Below, in pieces: positions 9,732 through 20,657 of a stretch of 64,000 bases of DNA. The position numbers and the translations under genes were made by a program. Where the stretch lies: positions 33,168-97,167 of the forward strand of contig CAVHWP010000004.1 of assembly GCA_963639875.1 (NCBI GenBank), read 5' to 3'. Each line of letters starts with the position of its first letter. The first letter of the stretch is position 1. Source of the DNA: Bacteroidaceae bacterium (GTDB lineage Bacteria; Bacillota; Clostridia; Lachnospirales; Lachnospiraceae). Under the pieces are notes generated by a model that saw only the letters and a list, made by a program, of their open reading frames with translations, had not been told where the DNA came from and did not search any database.

Positions 9732-11552
9732 ATGATATCTCGCAGAAATTTTTTAATTATCCTCCTGATGATGGGCGTGCTGTTATTTATGTTCCAGTTC
9801 TCCCAGTTAGTGAAGGAAAACGGCAATGACTACGAAACAAATGAATATTACACGACCGGACTTCTTTCCGGGGAGGATGCCTGGCAGCCGGCGCAGGAGG
9901 CTTCTGCATTTGCCTCCGCAGACGGATATGCTCTTTTTGTAGGGGATACGGAAGGCAGTATTGCCAAGACTGTGGAGGAATGGTGCTTTTATGTGAAAAA
10001 AGATCTTCTGTGTGAGGAGCATCTGACGGAAGGAAGAACGCCGGGGCTTCTTTTGGTGGATGGTGCGTCCATTGATTATGCGAAAGAGGAAACAGCCATT
10101 CTTTCCTATGCTTCGGAAGGGGTGCCTGTTGTTTTTTGTTCCCTGCCGGAAGCCTCCTGCATAGAGGAACAGGAGTCCCTGCAGACACTTTTAGGTATTA
10201 CGGAGATAAAAGACGGGAATACGGAAGTGGAGGGAATCCGCCTGTTTGACGGATTTCTTCTGGGCGGTGAGGCAGTATACAAAGCACAGGATCTTGAAGA
10301 AACCGAAAAAATGCAGGATTTTATCCTTACCATGCCCTGGTATGTGACAGGAAAGGGAACCAAGACCTATATGGTGGGACTGAAGGACGAAACTGAGGTG
10401 CAGAGGGAAGAACTTCCCCACATTCTCTGGCGTAACCGGTATGAGGATACCTTTGTGTTTGCCGTAAATGGGGACTACCTGGCGGATATAGCGGGACTTG
10501 GTATTTTAGACGGATTTCTCTATGAGATGCAGGAGATTGCCGTGTATCCGGTGGTCAATGCCCAAAGTGTCACCATAGCGGACTATCCCAGCCTCTCCAC
10601 AGAAACGGATGAGACTATGCAGGCATATTACAGCCGCAGCAGCAGAAGCTTTGTACGTGATGTTATGTGGCCGGGAATTTTAGCCATGTCCTCCCGGCAG
10701 GATTTGAAAATGACCTGCTTTCTGAATGCGGGTTATGAGGGAACCGGTCTTGGTGGGCTGCAGCCGGAGGATCTTGTTTTTTACCTGCAGCAACTGAAAG
10801 AGGCGGGAGCGGAAGCCGGACTGAGCCTGAACCGTGCAGAAGGTATTTCCGTAACGGAGCAGATTGCCGGGACAAGAGGATTGTTAAGCAGAATGGACTG
10901 TGACTATTCCTTCGGAGCGGTTTATGAGGAAAGCGTGTCGGAGGAACTTCGGGAAGACCTGGAGACAAATGCTTATTTCTCCGGTATTCACACTCTGACC
11001 TGCAGGGAAAGGGGAGAAAACTTCCTGTTATCCTATTATACGGACGATGTGACCCTACAGGGGGTGACGGGGGAGGCAGGGACATACAGCTACCGGACGG
11101 ATTTTACCAACAGGAGCCTGGCAACTGCACTTGCCTATTCCAATACGCTGATTGATATGCATCGGATTATATGGCCGGAGACGGAAGACGACCGCTGGGA
11201 AAATTATTTTAACAAGGTATTCAGCAATATCAGCACCTATTACCATACTTTTTCGTTTATGGAGGACACTGCGCTTTCGGTAAGTGACAGCCGTGTGCGA
11301 TCCATGCTTAATCTTTCTTATGAAGTGGTACAGGAGGATAAAGGCATCGCAGTATATGCCTCAGGCATCCAGCAGGAGGCATGGTTTTTGCTGCGTACCC
11401 ACGGACAGAAAATCGCAGATATTACAAACGGCGCATATGAGCAGATAGAACAGGACGCCTATCTTGTTAAAGTACAGGTGGGCGGCACTCATATCCGGCT
11501 GACACAGGCGGATGAAATATTGCAGTACAAAGAGCCTTTTACCATTCCCTGA
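9732..11552 (+). CDS. DUF2194 family PelA-deacetylase-like protein (catalytic motifs appear degenerate)
   Basis: N-terminal anchor, YPVVNAQSVTIADYPS and RDVMWPGI segments, synteny with pelF/pelG. Confidence 0.6.
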   Translation: MISRRNFLIILLMMGVLLFMFQFSQLVKENGNDYETNEYYTTGLLSGEDAWQPAQEASAFASADGYALFVGDTEGSIAKTVEEWCFYVKKDLLCEEHLTEGRTPGLLLVDGASIDYAKEETAILSYASEGVPVVFCSLPEASCIEEQESLQTLLGITEIKDGNTEVEGIRLFDGFLLGGEAVYKAQDLEETEKMQDFILTMPWYVTGKGTKTYMVGLKDETEVQREELPHILWRNRYEDTFVFAVNGDYLADIAGLGILDGFLYEMQEIAVYPVVNAQSVTIADYPSLSTETDETMQAYYSRSSRSFVRDVMWPGILAMSSRQDLKMTCFLNAGYEGTGLGGLQPEDLVFYLQQLKEAGAEAGLSLNRAEGISVTEQIAGTRGLLSRMDCDYSFGAVYEESVSEELREDLETNAYFSGIHTLTCRERGENFLLSYYTDDVTLQGVTGEAGTYSYRTDFTNRSLATALAYSNTLIDMHRIIWPETEDDRWENYFNKVFSNISTYYHTFSFMEDTALSVSDSRVRSMLNLSYEVVQEDKGIAVYASGIQQEAWFLLRTHGQKIADITNGAYEQIEQDAYLVKVQVGGTHIRLTQADEILQYKEPFTIP

Positions 11553-11585
11553 CAGAGGGAAAGGCGGCAGCAAAGGAGAAAAGTC

Positions 11586-13007
11586 ATGAAAATCTGTATG
11601 GTGGCGGAGGGCAGCTACCCATACGTGGTCGGTGGGGTATCCGGCTGGATTCACAGTATGGTTAAAGCCTTTCCGCAGCATGAATTTATCATATTGGCAA
11701 TAATCTCCGACAGGAAGCAGAGCGGAAAGTTTCAATATGAAATGCCGTCAAATGTATCGGCGGTGTATGAGGCTTATCTGAATGATGTGGACTGGTCAAA
11801 GGTAAAACACAAAAAAATAAAATTAGATAAGAAGCAGTACCGTGCATTGCGAAGCGTGATTTTGGGCTACAAAACGGATTGGGATACGTTGTTTGCCATG
11901 TGTCAGAAGAAAGATTTTTCTATTGATGCGTTCCTGATGGGAGAGGACTTTTTTCATGTGGTGGAGGAATGCTATGAAGCAAAATATTCCCAGATTGTTT
12001 TTTCGGATTTTTTGTGGACCATGCGTTCCATTTATCTGCCGTTATTCCTGATTCTGCACACTAAAATTCCCAGGGCGGATGTGTATCACTGTGTGGCTAC
12101 GGGTTACGCCGGTGTTTTAGGAGGCATGGCACAATATCTGTACAACTGCGGGCTTCTGGTATCGGAACACGGAATTTATACCAGAGAAAGGGAAGAGGAA
12201 ATTCTGAAGGCCTCCTGGGTCAGCGGTATTTACAAGGATATCTGGATTGAGCAGTTTAAGAAGATGTCCCGGCTTGCTTATGACAGTGCGGATGCCGTGA
12301 CAGCGTTGTACGGACATGCCAGAAAGCTGCAGACAGAACTGGGCTGCGACAGCTCCATCACACATGTGACGCCCAACGGTATAGACGTGGACAGTTTTGC
12401 AAATATTCCCGGCAGACAGCCGGAGGACGAGGGCTTTATCAATATCGGTGCCGTTTTACGTGTGACACCCATTAAGGATGTCAAGACCCTGATAAGGGCA
12501 TTTTCGTTTGCAGCGGAGCGTGTGCCCAATTTAAGGCTTTGGATTATGGGTCCTTGTGACGAGGATAAAGAATATGCACAGGAATGCTACGAGCTGGTAG
12601 AGGTACTGGGGCTTAAAAATGTGATATTTACCGGAAGAATACAGGTCAGGGAGTATCTGGGGAGGATGGACTTTACCATTCTTACCAGTATCAGCGAGGG
12701 GCAGCCGCTCACTATTCTGGAAAGCTTCGCTGCACGCAAACCGGTCATTGCAACGGATGTGGGAAACTGCCGGGAGCTTATTTACGGGGAAGAAGGGGAC
12801 AGTTTCGGAACTGCCGGCATTTTAACCCATATCATGAATACGGAAGAATTGGCAGAGGCAATGCGGAAGCTGGCGCTTTCTCCGGAACTGCGGCAGGAAA
12901 TGGGAGAAATCGGATGCAGGAGGGTCAATACCTATTACCGGATAGAACAGATGAGGGAGAAATTTGACAGCCTGTATAAAGAAGTGTACCCGGGTATGGA
13001 GGAATAA
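11586..13007 (+). CDS. pelF: GT4 glycosyltransferase PelF
   Basis: EGSYPYVVGGVSGW, SEHGIYTRERE, RVTPIKDVKT, SISEGQPL motifs. Confidence 0.92.
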   Translation: MKICMVAEGSYPYVVGGVSGWIHSMVKAFPQHEFIILAIISDRKQSGKFQYEMPSNVSAVYEAYLNDVDWSKVKHKKIKLDKKQYRALRSVILGYKTDWDTLFAMCQKKDFSIDAFLMGEDFFHVVEECYEAKYSQIVFSDFLWTMRSIYLPLFLILHTKIPRADVYHCVATGYAGVLGGMAQYLYNCGLLVSEHGIYTREREEEILKASWVSGIYKDIWIEQFKKMSRLAYDSADAVTALYGHARKLQTELGCDSSITHVTPNGIDVDSFANIPGRQPEDEGFINIGAVLRVTPIKDVKTLIRAFSFAAERVPNLRLWIMGPCDEDKEYAQECYELVEVLGLKNVIFTGRIQVREYLGRMDFTILTSISEGQPLTILESFAARKPVIATDVGNCRELIYGEEGDSFGTAGILTHIMNTEELAEAMRKLALSPELRQEMGEIGCRRVNTYYRIEQMREKFDSLYKEVYPGMEE

Positions 13008-13009
13008 GA

Positions 13010-14467
13010 ATGGCGGGAATTGGTGTCAAACTTAACAGAATATACAGTAAGAATACCATCGCATCCAGCCTGATGGGCTTCGGTTACAGTACGGTCATTA
13101 CCGTCGCACCGATGTTTCTGGTGATTGCGGCGGTTATGGCCATGCAGTTTTTGCTCGGCTTTTCCTCGGTTGGTTACGCACAGAGGGAACTGTATTCCTG
13201 TACGGTGCTTTACATTTTTGTGTTTGCACTGCTGACGGCATCGCCCTTTAATGCGGTGCTGTCCAAATATATGTCGGATGTGATTTACGAAGAAAAGTAT
13301 GAAAATATCCTGCCCTGCTATTATGTGGGGCTGCTTCTGAATACTCTGTTTGCCGCATTGCTCGGCATTCCCTTCTGCATTCACGAGTACACGGTGGGAA
13401 AGGTGGATATCCTCTTTGTTTTTGCAGGATACTGTGGATATATGGCTCTGGTGTTTGTTTTCTACTCTATGCTTTATCTTTCCATCTGCAAGGTGTATAA
13501 AAAGATATCAGGCTTCTTCCTGATAGGAATGGGGACGACGGTACTGCTTTCCCTTATTCTTACCAGGATTTTCCGCTTGAGCGTTATTTATTCCATGCTG
13601 CTTTCCCTGGATGTCGGATTCATGCTGATTGCCAGTCTGGAATATGCGCTGGTGCGGAGTTATTTCCGGCAAAGCAGTGACCGGTATGCGGATGTACTCC
13701 GGTATTTTAAGAAATACTGGCCTCTTGTGGTGACGAATTTTCTTTACACAATGGGACTTTATATGCATAATTTTGTATTCTGGGGTACGGAGGAGCATCT
13801 GGTGGTAGCGGACAGCTTTGTGTGCATGCCGACTTACGATATGGCGACCTGTCTTGCCATGTTTACCAATATTTCCGCCAGTGTCATTTTTATTTCCCGT
13901 GTGGAAATGCACTTTCATGACCGTTACAAGAAATATTCGGAGGCGGTTATAGGCGGCAGGGGTATGGACATCCGTATTGCCAGACAGAGGATGTTTGAAC
14001 AGCTTTCCGATGAACTCCTGAATCTGGTTCGTATCCAGTTTATTGTATCGGTAGTGGTATTTTTCCTGTGTACGGTCTTTCTTCCCCGGTTGGGACTGGG
14101 TGGCTTAATCATGCAGATATACCCATGTCTGGCAGCCGGCTACTTTATTTTATTTATTATGTATGCCGCCATTATTTTCCTGTACTATTTTAATGACCTT
14201 GTGGGTGCGGTGCTGACGGCAGCAAGCTTTACCGTGGTTACACTGTTAGGGAGTCTGTTTTCTTCCACCCTGCCGGTCATATGGTACGGCATGGGACTGG
14301 TGGCAGGCGCACTGGCGGGCTTCTGTGTGGCATATGACCGCCTGCGTACCATGGAAAAAACTATGGACATCCATATTTTCTGCAAAGGCAGTCTGATGAA
14401 GAAAGGAGAAGGCAGATGTCCTTCTAACCTTGTCTATGAAAATAAGGCTGCGGGGAGGAGGCACTGA
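13010..14467 (+). CDS. pelG: Pel exopolysaccharide transporter PelG
   Basis: N-terminal MAGIGVKL, polytopic membrane protein, follows pelF. Confidence 0.9.
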   Translation: MAGIGVKLNRIYSKNTIASSLMGFGYSTVITVAPMFLVIAAVMAMQFLLGFSSVGYAQRELYSCTVLYIFVFALLTASPFNAVLSKYMSDVIYEEKYENILPCYYVGLLLNTLFAALLGIPFCIHEYTVGKVDILFVFAGYCGYMALVFVFYSMLYLSICKVYKKISGFFLIGMGTTVLLSLILTRIFRLSVIYSMLLSLDVGFMLIASLEYALVRSYFRQSSDRYADVLRYFKKYWPLVVTNFLYTMGLYMHNFVFWGTEEHLVVADSFVCMPTYDMATCLAMFTNISASVIFISRVEMHFHDRYKKYSEAVIGGRGMDIRIARQRMFEQLSDELLNLVRIQFIVSVVVFFLCTVFLPRLGLGGLIMQIYPCLAAGYFILFIMYAAIIFLYYFNDLVGAVLTAASFTVVTLLGSLFSSTLPVIWYGMGLVAGALAGFCVAYDRLRTMEKTMDIHIFCKGSLMKKGEGRCPSNLVYENKAAGRRH

Positions 14468-14844
14468 TGGAACCCGGTTTACTGCTTCAGATTATTATGA
14501 TTCTGACGGGAGTTTTTCTCCTGATAAGAACGATTTCTTCCCTGGCAAGGCGACGGATGACAGAGCCTTTCTGCCTGACCTGGGGACTGGTTGCTATCGG
14601 CATTATTCTGGCCGGCTGCCTGCTCCGGCCGGCAGGCTGGAACCAGTACATCAGCTATACGGGCATGGTTCTTCTTATTCTGATTGGCTTCTGCCTTTTG
14701 TACGGTGCCTATTTTATAAGCTGCAGGGTATCCGAACTGATGCGCCAGAACAATGAACTGGCAATACAGGTATCTTTGTTAAAAGAGGAAGTAGGCAGAC
14801 TGCAGGAGGAAAGTAGGAAAATTCATGGCAATCAAAGTTCATAA
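14467..14844 (+). CDS. DUF2304 family small membrane protein
   Basis: 3 TM segments then VSELMRQNNELAIQVSLL coiled coil. Confidence 0.75.
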   Translation: MEPGLLLQIIMILTGVFLLIRTISSLARRRMTEPFCLTWGLVAIGIILAGCLLRPAGWNQYISYTGMVLLILIGFCLLYGAYFISCRVSELMRQNNELAIQVSLLKEEVGRLQEESRKIHGNQSS

Positions 14845-16054
14845 AATTCTTTTTGTCATCAATACGCTGGGACAGGCGGGAGCCGAAACGGCGTTGCTTT
14901 CCCTGCTGCGGACACTGACAAAAGAGGGAAGAGAAGCCCGGTATGAGATTTCGCTTTATGTGCTTACGGGACAGGGAGAAATGGTATCCCGGCTGCCGGA
15001 GGATGTGAGGCTCTTAAATAAGGAATACAGGGAAGAGTCGGTGCTGACGGCAAAGGGACGTAAGTACCTGAAAAAGAAGGCCATGAAAGCCATGTTCACC
15101 GGTGGGACGGTATGTAAGCTGTTTCCCTATCTGGTAAAAAATGCCTGTACCATGCTGAAGAAAAAGAGGTTTCTTCCCGACAAGCTGTTGTGGCGTGTTC
15201 TCTCTGACGGTGGGATGGTATTGCGTGAGGAGTACGATTTGGCGGTGTCCTATCTGGAAGGTGGGGCGGCTTATTTTGTGACTGACCATGTAAAGGCGGC
15301 GAAGAAAGCGGCTTTTATCCATGTGGACTATGAGAAAGCAGGTTACACAAGAGCCCTGGACAGGGACTGTTATCTCAAATTTGATAAAATTTTTACTGTT
15401 TCGGACGAAGTGAGGGAAGCGTTTCTTAAAGTGTACCCGGAGCTGCCGGGCAAAACGGAGGTGTTCCACAATATCCTGAACAAAGAGGAAATTGTACGGA
15501 GCGCGTGTGAGGGAGAGGGCTTTACGGACGGCTTTACCGGCATACGTCTGCTTTCAGTGGGGAGACTTACCGTACAAAAGGCATATGAGGTTTCCGTGGA
15601 GGCGATGAAACGGCTGAAGGATAAGGGCGAAAATGTAAGGTGGTATGTTTTAGGAGAAGGCGACCGGCGTAAAAAGCTGCAGAGCCAGATAGATGCCTTG
15701 GGACTGACGGAGGATTTTATCCTGTACGGTGCCGTGAACAATCCCTATCCGTTTATGAAGCAGGCAGACATTTACGTGCATGCCAGCCGGTTTGACGGAA
15801 AAAGCATTGCCATACAGGAGGCACAGATTTTGGGGAAGCCCATGGTGGTGTCGGACTGCAGTGGCAACCGCGAGCAGGTATGTCCGGGAGAGGATGGTCT
15901 GATGTGCGACCTTAATCCCGAAAGTCTGGCAGATAAAATTATGCTTCTTATAGAAGATGAGATACTGCGAAGAAAATTAGGTTCTGCGGCAGCAGAGAAA
16001 AACGCGGATGCCAAAGAGGAAATTAAAAAAATACTTTCCATGCTGAAAGGGTGA
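14825..16054 (+). CDS. GT4 family glycosyltransferase
   Basis: GQAGAET, SVGRLTVQKAY, NPYPFMKQADIYVHASRFDG...EA. Confidence 0.88.
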   Translation: MAIKVHKILFVINTLGQAGAETALLSLLRTLTKEGREARYEISLYVLTGQGEMVSRLPEDVRLLNKEYREESVLTAKGRKYLKKKAMKAMFTGGTVCKLFPYLVKNACTMLKKKRFLPDKLLWRVLSDGGMVLREEYDLAVSYLEGGAAYFVTDHVKAAKKAAFIHVDYEKAGYTRALDRDCYLKFDKIFTVSDEVREAFLKVYPELPGKTEVFHNILNKEEIVRSACEGEGFTDGFTGIRLLSVGRLTVQKAYEVSVEAMKRLKDKGENVRWYVLGEGDRRKKLQSQIDALGLTEDFILYGAVNNPYPFMKQADIYVHASRFDGKSIAIQEAQILGKPMVVSDCSGNREQVCPGEDGLMCDLNPESLADKIMLLIEDEILRRKLGSAAAEKNADAKEEIKKILSMLKG

Positions 16055-16062
16055 CTTTCGTT

Positions 16063-16833
16063 ATGAAAAAAGAACTTCTGATAATTATTCCGGCATATAA
16101 TGAAGAAAAAACGATAGGAAAACTTCTGGATGAACTACAGAAACCGGCTATTTCCGGAATCGCGGATATAATGGTCATGAATGATGCTTCTGCCGATGGA
16201 ACGGAGTGGGAAGTGAAAAAAAGACAGATACCGGTTGTGACGCATATTTACAATTTAGGCTACGGTAACGGACTGCAGTTAGGTTACAAATATGCCTTGA
16301 AGCATGGCTATCGTTATGTGATACAGATGGATGCGGACGGACAGCATGATCCTTCCAATATTCCGCTGATTTATGAAAAACTTACCACAAAGGATGCGGA
16401 TGGCCGCTGTCCGGACATTGTGCTGGGTTCCCGTTTTGCAGAAGGAGCACCGGGATATCCGGCAGGTGTCTTAAAACGGATGGCATGGGCTATCTTCCGT
16501 TTTTTTATACGATTGGGAACAGGCAGGAAGATTACGGATCCGACTACGGGACTGCAGGGTCTTGACAGGAATGCTTTTTCCTATTATGCGGGATACCGCC
16601 ATTTTGATGACAGGTATCCGGATGCCAATATGATTCTGCAGATGCTTCTTTTGGGATTCCGTATTGAAGAAGTACCGGCGCTTATGCATGTAAGAACTAC
16701 TGGGAAGAGTATGCATTCCGGCTTAAAGCCGGTGGTATATATGTTCCGCATGACCTTCTCCATGATAGCGGTATTTATCAGAATCAGATGGTTTCGGGTA
16801 GATTTGGAGGCAAGAAAGGATGAAACTGTTTAA
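16063..16833 (+). CDS. GT2 glycosyltransferase (polyprenol-phosphate glycosyltransferase / DPM1-like)
   Basis: IIPAYNEE, NDASADGT, MDADGQHDP, VLGSRF, TDPTTG. Confidence 0.88.
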   Translation: MKKELLIIIPAYNEEKTIGKLLDELQKPAISGIADIMVMNDASADGTEWEVKKRQIPVVTHIYNLGYGNGLQLGYKYALKHGYRYVIQMDADGQHDPSNIPLIYEKLTTKDADGRCPDIVLGSRFAEGAPGYPAGVLKRMAWAIFRFFIRLGTGRKITDPTTGLQGLDRNAFSYYAGYRHFDDRYPDANMILQMLLLGFRIEEVPALMHVRTTGKSMHSGLKPVVYMFRMTFSMIAVFIRIRWFRVDLEARKDETV

Positions 16834-18151
16834 TCGTAATTTTCAGAAGGGGGATTTGACAGAACAGACGTATCTGCCCGGCAATCCGGACAGAGGCTGG
16901 TATCGTTTATATACGTTTTCACTCGATCAGGGAGTGGATTTGCAGGTGTTAAAGGAAAATATCAGTGCGGATGATAGTCTGGTGCTGATAATGTTTGACA
17001 TCGGCTGCTATCGGGACAGGGATCTGGATGAATCCGCCATGCAGTATATGCATGGCGTGTTGTCCTTCTTTGTGGCAATGGGCAAAGAAATTATTCTGCG
17101 CATTGCTTACGACCACGAAGGGAGGGCACTGGAGAGGGAGCCGTCCCGGTTTACCCAGGTCCGAAATCATATTCTTCAGGTACGGGAGCTGATTGCCGGG
17201 TTTGACGGCAGCATTTTCATCTTCCAGGGTGTGCTGGCGGGGAACTGGGGCGAGATGCATTCCTCCCGTTTTCTGGAAGTCGACAGACTGCGGGAGCTGA
17301 CCGGTATTTTAACCTCCGGTATCAGGGAGGATTTGTTTTTCTCTGTGAGAAAACCGTCCCAGATAAGAAGCATTTATACGGAGGCAGCATTGTTCAGCCG
17401 GGGAAATTTTCAGGATATCCATGGGAAGGTGCGTCCGCTGGGATTGTTTGATGATGCCATTCTGGGTTCTGAAACGGATTACGGCACCTATGCAGGCAAT
17501 ACCGCCGGGGATATGGATTGGGAAAGCGCATGGAGCCGGGATAAAGAGCTTGGCTTTATCGAAAAGATAGGAAGGGAAGCACCTGTCGGAGGAGAAGTCA
17601 TCTACGGAGACGGATACATAGACAGTCTTTCACAGGAAAGACTGCTGACGGAGCTGCGCAGACTGCATGTTACCTATCTGAACAGCATGTATGACAGGAA
17701 TGTGCTGGACAGCTGGGCAAGACGGAACTACAACGGCAGGGGGCCCTGGATGGGACTTAACCTGTATGATTATATCGGAGCGCATCTGGGCTACCGTTTT
17801 CTTATCAGGGATGTGAAAATTGCGTTTCTGGGTAAATCGGAAGGGGAACGTGCCTGTGAGGTAACCGTAGAGATAGAAAACGTAGGCTTTGCCAATCTGT
17901 ACCGTGAGGCGGAGGTCTACTTAAGCTGGCTGACCGGAAACGGAGAAAAAGCAGGCAAAAAAATCAGCTGTGACCTAAGGCTTCTGGATGCCGGAAAGCG
18001 CGAAAGCTATACAGCGGTGGTCGGGTTGTTTGGCAGTGTGGGCACCAATTATGCATTTTATCTTACCATCCGCCGGAAACAGGACGGCAGGGTCATTTAT
18101 CCTGCCAACAAAATGATGGGCGAGAGCGTTTATCTGGGTTATATCAAATAA
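16820..18151 (+). CDS. DUF4874/DUF4832 putative glycoside hydrolase-like protein
   Basis: NPDRGWY, GNWGEMH, GLFDD...DYGTY, PVGGE, HLGYRF motifs; paralogue of 20658..22124. Confidence 0.7.
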   Translation: MKLFNRNFQKGDLTEQTYLPGNPDRGWYRLYTFSLDQGVDLQVLKENISADDSLVLIMFDIGCYRDRDLDESAMQYMHGVLSFFVAMGKEIILRIAYDHEGRALEREPSRFTQVRNHILQVRELIAGFDGSIFIFQGVLAGNWGEMHSSRFLEVDRLRELTGILTSGIREDLFFSVRKPSQIRSIYTEAALFSRGNFQDIHGKVRPLGLFDDAILGSETDYGTYAGNTAGDMDWESAWSRDKELGFIEKIGREAPVGGEVIYGDGYIDSLSQERLLTELRRLHVTYLNSMYDRNVLDSWARRNYNGRGPWMGLNLYDYIGAHLGYRFLIRDVKIAFLGKSEGERACEVTVEIENVGFANLYREAEVYLSWLTGNGEKAGKKISCDLRLLDAGKRESYTAVVGLFGSVGTNYAFYLTIRRKQDGRVIYPANKMMGESVYLGYIK

Positions 18152-18172
18152 AGGAAAAAAGGAGGAAACACC

Positions 18173-20644
18173 GTGACAGCTTTATACTGGGGACTGGAAT
18201 TTACAAAAGTGCTGGGCGCATATTTTGTTCTGATGATTGTGTATCCCTCTTTTCTGTGCAGAAGATTTTTAGACGGAAAATCCCTGACTTTCCGTCTCGG
18301 CTTCTGTACGACTGTATCGGTGCTGGGTATCAATACGGTGGTATTGCTGTTGGGACTCCTGCATCTCTTAAATCCATGGGTGGTGCGGATTTTGTTTTAC
18401 GGTCCGCCCGTGTATTTTCTTGTGAAAAAAATTATGGCCGGAAAAGCAGAGCTTCCCGTGCTTCTGCATGTGCTGAACGGTACCTTTGGTATCCGGCAGT
18501 TTTTCTTAAAGGCAGGGAAAAGGCTGCAGAAAAAATGCACCGGTATTTTAAGAAGAGGATTTCAGCGGATAAAGGGATATTATGCGGAATATGGGCTTCT
18601 GTCTGTACTGCTGGTATACGGCTGCCTCTATTTCAGCTATGGGGCTTTTCAGGATTATATGTATGGCTGTGGTGATGTTTATGTCCACAACCAGTGGGTG
18701 TATGCCCTGACACAGGGACAGATTTTTTCGGATGGTGTGTACCCGGAGGGAATGCACTGCTTTCTCTATGCCATGCATACATTGTTTGGCATCCGCATTT
18801 ACAGCTGTATGCTGTTTACCCAGGGCATTCATGTGATGGTGTTTCTGCTTTCGGTATATTTGTTTCTGAAAGAGGTTTTCCGGTTTCGTTTTACTCCACA
18901 TTTTGCACTGGCGTTATTTCTGACGCTGGATGTATGCTGTATAGACGGTGTGTTCGGTATATCCCGTCTGCAGTGGACAATTGCACAGGAATTCGGTATG
19001 TATGCCATGTTCCTATGTCCTGCTTTCCTGATACGGTATCTGAATACACCCAGAGAGGAGATACGGCTGCCACAGAATAAATGGGGAAAAAAACTGCGTT
19101 TTTTGAAAAAGGCATTTTATAATGAAAATTTACTGGTATTTATGCTCGCCATAGCCGTGACGCTGGCAGTGCATTTCTACCCGACTATTATGGCTTTTTT
19201 CTTATGTTTGGCATGTGTGCCGGTTCTGTTTGGCAAAATTTTCAAGTCCACCCGCTTTGTTTCACTGGTGGGAGCGGTACTGGCAGGCGTTCTGATTGCG
19301 GTGCTTCCCATGGCGGGAGCGTTGGCTGCCGGCATTCCCTTCCAGAACTCGATTGACTGGGCGGTGGGCATTATCAACGGGGAAGAGGGCAACGGCTCTG
19401 ACGGGGGGATATTGAATGAGAAAACCGGTTCGGATGGACAGGACAGTGGCGGTCTTAGCAGCAGCGGTACAGACAGAAATACAGTGGGTACAGCAGAAGC
19501 AGATATACAGGGCAGCAGTGACACGGGCAGCACCGGCACAGACAATGCAGACGGGCAGGGCAGTGCAGGTGGAAAGACATCGCAGACGCCAGGAGAACCA
19601 TTGCTTACCCGGCTGAAGACATTTATCCTGAAAGAGGCAGATGCCCTGTACCGGTCGGGATATGTGATTCTTTATAAAGAACAGCGGGCAAATGGTTTCT
19701 TGAAAATGACAGCACTTGCGCTGGCAGTTTTTGTAAGCTGCCGGCTGACCGCCATGATTCTGCGCTATATTTTCCACAGAAAAGACATGGAGGCGTGCAT
19801 GTTTGACCATTATCTGTCCCTGACGTTTTCTTCTGTCCTTTTTATGGGAATGTACTGTGCGGAGGAACTGGGGCTGCCGGCACTTATTGCGGGACCGCGG
19901 CTTACTTCCTCGATACATCTGCTTCTGACAGCTATGTGTATGATTCCGGCAGACGCAGTTTTTACGCTGCTGGCAGTATTCCTGCCTAAGGCGGTTATGA
20001 AAACAGCGGCACTTCTTTTTACCTCCGCCATATATATTTATACCAACATGGCAGGAGTGTTTCACGGATATCTGTATTACGAGCTGACCCGCTTTAACGG
20101 AGCGGTCATGAGTACCTACCGGATTACGGAAACCCTGCCGCAGGACAGTTATACTATTGTATCACCGGTAGATGAACTGTATCAGGTTATCGAGTACGGC
20201 CAGCATGAAGAGGCGGTTAATTTTGTGAATGAATGTACCGGAGACGATTACATCCTTCCTACGGAATATGTATTCTTATTTGTAGAGAAACATCCCCTTG
20301 ACTATGGCCAGAGCCATTACTTCGGAGGACCGTCCTGGCTGGCAGCTGAAAAATATACGGCTCTGTATGAAAGTGATGTAAGCCAGTGTCCGGAGATAAT
20401 TAAGGCAACCATTTCCCCGGAACTGGCTGAACCACCCTTTTATTCATTTCCGATTTCCTCCAATGCTTATTCGGACTGGTTGTCCCGTATTGTGGTGGAA
20501 TCCCGTCTGAAAAAATGGTGTGAGTCCTTTGAACACCTTTATCCGGGCGAATTGAAAACCTATTATGAAGATGAAGATTTTGTATGTTATTATTTTCGAC
20601 AGAATCCGGCATGTCTGTATCAGCTGGCAATAGAGGGAGAATGA
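18173..20644 (+). CDS. Large polytopic membrane protein, possible GT-C fold glycosyltransferase
   Basis: Many TM segments, loop motif GDVYVH...GVYPEGMH, Gly/Ser/Thr-rich extracellular linker; GT-C call is inference. Confidence 0.5.
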   Translation: MTALYWGLEFTKVLGAYFVLMIVYPSFLCRRFLDGKSLTFRLGFCTTVSVLGINTVVLLLGLLHLLNPWVVRILFYGPPVYFLVKKIMAGKAELPVLLHVLNGTFGIRQFFLKAGKRLQKKCTGILRRGFQRIKGYYAEYGLLSVLLVYGCLYFSYGAFQDYMYGCGDVYVHNQWVYALTQGQIFSDGVYPEGMHCFLYAMHTLFGIRIYSCMLFTQGIHVMVFLLSVYLFLKEVFRFRFTPHFALALFLTLDVCCIDGVFGISRLQWTIAQEFGMYAMFLCPAFLIRYLNTPREEIRLPQNKWGKKLRFLKKAFYNENLLVFMLAIAVTLAVHFYPTIMAFFLCLACVPVLFGKIFKSTRFVSLVGAVLAGVLIAVLPMAGALAAGIPFQNSIDWAVGIINGEEGNGSDGGILNEKTGSDGQDSGGLSSSGTDRNTVGTAEADIQGSSDTGSTGTDNADGQGSAGGKTSQTPGEPLLTRLKTFILKEADALYRSGYVILYKEQRANGFLKMTALALAVFVSCRLTAMILRYIFHRKDMEACMFDHYLSLTFSSVLFMGMYCAEELGLPALIAGPRLTSSIHLLLTAMCMIPADAVFTLLAVFLPKAVMKTAALLFTSAIYIYTNMAGVFHGYLYYELTRFNGAVMSTYRITETLPQDSYTIVSPVDELYQVIEYGQHEEAVNFVNECTGDDYILPTEYVFLFVEKHPLDYGQSHYFGGPSWLAAEKYTALYESDVSQCPEIIKATISPELAEPPFYSFPISSNAYSDWLSRIVVESRLKKWCESFEHLYPGELKTYYEDEDFVCYYFRQNPACLYQLAIEGE

Positions 20645-20657
20645 AAGGAAAAAAAGC

